The position numbers were made by a program, and so were the translations under genes. Below, piece after piece: positions 61,033 through 64,000 of a stretch of DNA of 64,000 bases (positions are counted from its first letter, which is position 1; each line of letters starts with the position of its first letter). The notes below the pieces were generated by a model, which was given only the letters and a program-made list of their open reading frames with translations, was not told the DNA's origin and did not search any database. This stretch comes from Candidatus Omnitrophota bacterium (GTDB lineage: Bacteria; Omnitrophota; Gorgyraeia; Gygaellales; Profunditerraquicolaceae). The stretch lies in the NCBI GenBank assembly GCA_041649115.1, contig JBAZNT010000002.1, positions 48,666 through 112,665 of the forward strand, written 5' to 3'.

Positions 61033-62235
61033 CTATTTTCCAAGGACCTCTTTGAAGCGCTTCGTTAAGGCGGGGACTACCTGAAAAAGATCCCCTACTA
61101 TGCCGTAAGTTGCGACCTTAAAGATAGGGGCCTCGGGGTCTTTATTGATAGCGACGATAATCTTGGAGGATTGCATCCCGACTAAATGCTGAATCTGGCC
61201 GGATATCCCGCAGGCAATGTAAATCTTGGGGGCAACGGTGCGCCCGGTCTGGCCTACCTGATGCGAATAAGGCTTCCATCCCGAGTCCACTGCCGCGCGC
61301 GAAGCTCCTACTGCCGCCCCTAACGCATGCGCCAGGTCTTCAAGCATCTTAAAGTTCTCCGGCCCGCCCATCCCGCGGCCTCCGGAAACAATAATATCCG
61401 CTTCAGCAAGATTTACCAGGGATTCAATTTCCTCCACTATATCCAGGAGCTTGGTGCGGGAGGCATAAAAGGAGCCGTCAAACTTCTCCCTGATGATTTT
61501 AGGCCTGCGCTTCTTATCAGGCTCCATTGGCTGCATCACCTTGTGGCGAACGGTTGCCATCTGCGGCCGGTAATTCGGGCTGACGATGGTCGCCATGATA
61601 TTTCCTCCGAAAGCCGGACGGGTCTGTAGTAGTATCTTTTTATCCGGCTCAATATCCAACCCCGTGCAATCGGCAGTCAGGCCGGCCTTAATATTTATGG
61701 CCACCCGCGAAATCAAGGAACGCCCGATAGCAGTAGCTCCGCAGAGGACGATCTCGGGCTTATATTTCTTAATCAGCTCTACCAGGATATTGGTATAAGG
61801 TTCATCCTGGAAATTCGCTATCTCGGGGGCCTCCACCAAATAAATATTATCCGCCCCTCTCCATCCCAGCTCATCCAACTGGTCATCCATGGCATTGCCT
61901 ATCAAAACCCCGCTTACCTGGCAATGCAACTTCTTGGCCAATTCCTGGGCCTTGCCTAAGAGTTCATAGGAAACAGACTGCACCTTGCCGTTCTTCTGCT
62001 CTACAAAAACCCAGATGCCTTTATAATCCTTGATGTCCGGTAACTCGCACTTAGCAGGTGTCTTCTCAAGCAAAATCGCCTTGAACTTACAGGCAGGGAC
62101 GCAAGCCCCGCAAAGGGTGCATTTGTTGAGGTCTATCCTGGCCTTCTTCTCCGCCATGCTGATAGCGCCAAATGGACAGGTCTTAACACAAAGCGTGCAG
62201 CCGGTGCATTTCTCTACAATTACCTGGATTGACAT
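61033..62235 (-). CDS. etfA: electron transfer flavoprotein alpha subunit with N-terminal 2x[4Fe-4S] ferredoxin domain
   Basis: 400 aa. Two CxxCxxCxxxCP motifs in the first 60 aa (CTGCTLCVKTCP, CTLCGACVPAC). C-terminal ETF alpha FAD-binding domain. Confidence 0.85.
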   Translation of the reverse strand: MSIQVIVEKCTGCTLCVKTCPFGAISMAEKKARIDLNKCTLCGACVPACKFKAILLEKTPAKCELPDIKDYKGIWVFVEQKNGKVQSVSYELLGKAQELAKKLHCQVSGVLIGNAMDDQLDELGWRGADNIYLVEAPEIANFQDEPYTNILVELIKKYKPEIVLCGATAIGRSLISRVAINIKAGLTADCTGLDIEPDKKILLQTRPAFGGNIMATIVSPNYRPQMATVRHKVMQPMEPDKKRRPKIIREKFDGSFYASRTKLLDIVEEIESLVNLAEADIIVSGGRGMGGPENFKMLEDLAHALGAAVGASRAAVDSGWKPYSHQVGQTGRTVAPKIYIACGISGQIQHLVGMQSSKIIVAINKDPEAPIFKVATYGIVGDLFQVVPALTKRFKEVLGK

Positions 62236-63017
62236 CAGTGCACCTCGTCCTTCAGTAAATCTACAAGCCGGCTAGCAATATCCGGCACCTCACCATTAAG
62301 CATCTGTCCTCCGGTGCGCTGCGGAGGCGTAAAGATCCTGACTACCTGCGTAGGGGAACCGCACAAACCGATGCTCTGCGGGTCAAGGCCCAGCTCTTTC
62401 TGGCCCCATAACGTGATCTTGGCGGATTTGGCGCGCATCATGCCTTTCAATGACGGAATCCGCGGTTCGTTGATTTCCTTTACTACCGTCAAGAGCGCCG
62501 GCAATGGAGTTTCGATAATCTCGTAACCTTCCTCCATCATACGTTCTACCCGCATCAAATTCTCTTTTACCTCCTCCACCTTCTTTACATAGGTAACCTG
62601 AGGAATATTAAGATGGGTGGAGATGCCCGGACCAACCTGTGCCGTATCGCCGTCCGAGGCCTGTTTACCGCAGATAATCAGGTCAAATGCGCCGATTTTT
62701 TTAATGGCCCCTGCCACGGTGTAACTGGTAGCCCAGGTGTCGCTGCCGGCATAGGCGCGGTCACAAAGCAAAATCCCCTCGTCTGCACCCATGGAGATTG
62801 CCTCGCGCAACGCAGCTTCAGCCTGCGGAGGCCCCATCGTAACCACCGTAACCTTGCCCCCAAACCGCTCCTTCAACTGCACGCCTTCTTCAATAGCGTA
62901 CATATCAAAAGGATTGATAATGGACTTTACACCTTCCCGGATGAGAGTATTTGTTTCGGGGTTAATCCTGACTTCAGTGGTTTCGGGAACCTGCTTGATG
63001 CAAACGATAATATTCAT
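62235..63017 (-). CDS. etfB: electron transfer flavoprotein beta subunit
   Basis: 260 aa. ETF beta fold (MNIIVCIKQVPETTEVRINPETNTL). Confidence 0.85.
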   Translation of the reverse strand: MNIIVCIKQVPETTEVRINPETNTLIREGVKSIINPFDMYAIEEGVQLKERFGGKVTVVTMGPPQAEAALREAISMGADEGILLCDRAYAGSDTWATSYTVAGAIKKIGAFDLIICGKQASDGDTAQVGPGISTHLNIPQVTYVKKVEEVKENLMRVERMMEEGYEIIETPLPALLTVVKEINEPRIPSLKGMMRAKSAKITLWGQKELGLDPQSIGLCGSPTQVVRIFTPPQRTGGQMLNGEVPDIASRLVDLLKDEVH

Positions 63018-64000
63018 TATTTGGACATTTCCTTGATTAGCTGCAACGCAATAATATTACGCTGGATTTGATTGGTCCCTTCATAAATCTGGGTGATCTT
63101 GGCGTCACGCAGGTATTTTTCTGCCGGATAATCACGCATGTAACCGTAACCGCCGAGTATCTGGATGGCATCGGTGGCAACCTTAACCGCTACATCCGAG
63201 GCGTACATCTTAGCCATTGCGGAATCCTTAGCAACGTCTTTAGAACCGGCGTCGATCTCTCTGGCGCAGGAATAAATCAAGGCGCGGGCAGTCTCAACTC
63301 CGGTAGCCATATCCGCCAGCATCCACTGGATACCCTGGAAGCTGGAGATGGACTTACCAAACTGGTGCCTCTCCTTGGAATATTTTACTGCTACGTCCAA
63401 CGCCCCCTGCGCAATCCCGAGGGCCTGCGCCGCAACGCCAGGACGCGACATATCAAAGGTCCTCATCGTCACAATGAATCCCATCCCCTCTTTGGCAAGA
63501 AGGTTTTCCGCGGGAATCTTGCAGTCGGTAAAGATTAACTCGCGGGTGGATGAAGCACGGATACCGAATTTTTCTTCTTTTTTCCCGAAGGTAAATCCGG
63601 GGGTCCCCTTTTCTACGATAAAAGCTGAAGCCCCGCGGGCGCCCTTATTCTTATCGGTCATCGCGATAACGGTATAGGTCTCGGCATCGCCGCCGTTGGT
63701 AATAAAGTGCTTCAGCCCGTTCAAGATGTAGTAGTTGCCCTCTTTCCTGGCAGTAGTTTTGATTGCTGAGGCATCGGAACCGGCTTCCGGCTCGGTAATA
63801 GCAAAAGCCGCGACCTTCTTCCCCTTTGCGATATCAGGAAGGTATTTCTTCTTCTGGGCATCGTTTCCGAAAAGCACGATCGGAAACGTACCTAGCGCCG
63901 AAGCGGCATAGCAAACTGCTATGCCCCCGCAGGCGCGCGAGAACTCTTCGGTTGCAAGGCAAAGATTTAGGACGCCGACGCTCATCCCGCCGTACTCCTC
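63017..64000 (-). CDS. short-chain acyl-CoA (butyryl-CoA-type) dehydrogenase, N-terminus outside window
   Basis: 322 aa in window. ACAD motifs (FAITEPEAGSD, YEGTNQIQRNIIALQLIK). Frame stays open upstream of the first Met to the window edge (..EEYGGMSV..), so the true start lies beyond 64000. Confidence 0.85.
   Translation of the reverse strand, partial: EEYGGMSVGVLNLCLATEEFSRACGGIAVCYAASALGTFPIVLFGNDAQKKKYLPDIAKGKKVAAFAITEPEAGSDASAIKTTARKEGNYYILNGLKHFITNGGDAETYTVIAMTDKNKGARGASAFIVEKGTPGFTFGKKEEKFGIRASSTRELIFTDCKIPAENLLAKEGMGFIVTMRTFDMSRPGVAAQALGIAQGALDVAVKYSKERHQFGKSISSFQGIQWMLADMATGVETARALIYSCAREIDAGSKDVAKDSAMAKMYASDVAVKVATDAIQILGGYGYMRDYPAEKYLRDAKITQIYEGTNQIQRNIIALQLIKEMSK

Noticed and set aside
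60999-61100. Sigma54 promoter upstream of the pilin gene (TGGCAT TTGTA at about 61010-61025 on minus)
   Set aside because: Spacing and the -12 TTGC element do not fit the TGGCAC-N5-TTGCW consensus.
1-64000. CRISPR arrays, rRNA genes, large tandem repeats
   Set aside because: No regularly spaced direct repeats or rRNA-like stretches were seen in any gap. Intergenic space is too small everywhere except 36814-37001, 54985-55149, 55645-55801 and 60409-60605, and these are explained by promoters, transposon ends and a terminator.

Overview
This 64 kb window is bacterial, with about 50% GC, and nearly every gene lies on the minus strand with intergenic gaps of 0-30 nt or overlaps. Only a GAF-GGDEF gene at 55802-56980 is on the plus strand.

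Core content. From about 37.0 kb down to 6.9 kb there is one uninterrupted ribosomal/transcription super-cluster behind a single consensus sigma70 promoter. The gene order is tRNA-Thr, rpmG, tRNA-Trp, secE, nusG, rplKAJL, rpoBC, rpsLG, fusA, tuf, the S10/spc/alpha operons, rplQ. It runs straight on into a metabolic block of aminotransferase, leuC-like, pilT, leuD-like, an IDH/IPMDH-family dehydrogenase, mdh and a partial lpd. Upstream of the promoter lie surA-like, pdxA, rsmA, a short mfd, secDF, yajC, rpsP, a trpE-family gene, a his operon (hisD-B-H-A, a lipoprotein, hisF, hisI), alaS, recX, a small ORF and recA. The last part holds a REP-associated tyrosine-transposase (RAYT/IS200-like) element with inverted palindromic ends, the GAF-GGDEF gene, smc, a small HTH gene, a type IV pilin, and etfA(Fd)-etfB plus a partial acyl-CoA dehydrogenase.

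No CRISPR array, rRNA or large tandem repeat was seen. Zn-ribbon forms of L36, L33 and S14, a Zn-lid adenylate kinase and a Bcd/Etf cluster suggest an anaerobe, possibly from a poorly studied lineage. No single obvious novel cassette was found.

The observations most worth a second look are:
- a RAYT/REP element inserted 14 bp from a perfect recA promoter
- pilT translationally embedded inside a leuCD-like operon
- an Mfd lacking the UvrA-recruitment module and D7
- an Smc whose hinge is reduced to about 40 aa, preceded by a small HTH gene with its own consensus promoter
- a uL24 with a C-terminal CxxC...CxxC ribbon
- a GGDEF gene with a start-overlapping uORF

Every call rests on reading the translations and DNA motifs directly. 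No database searches were run.
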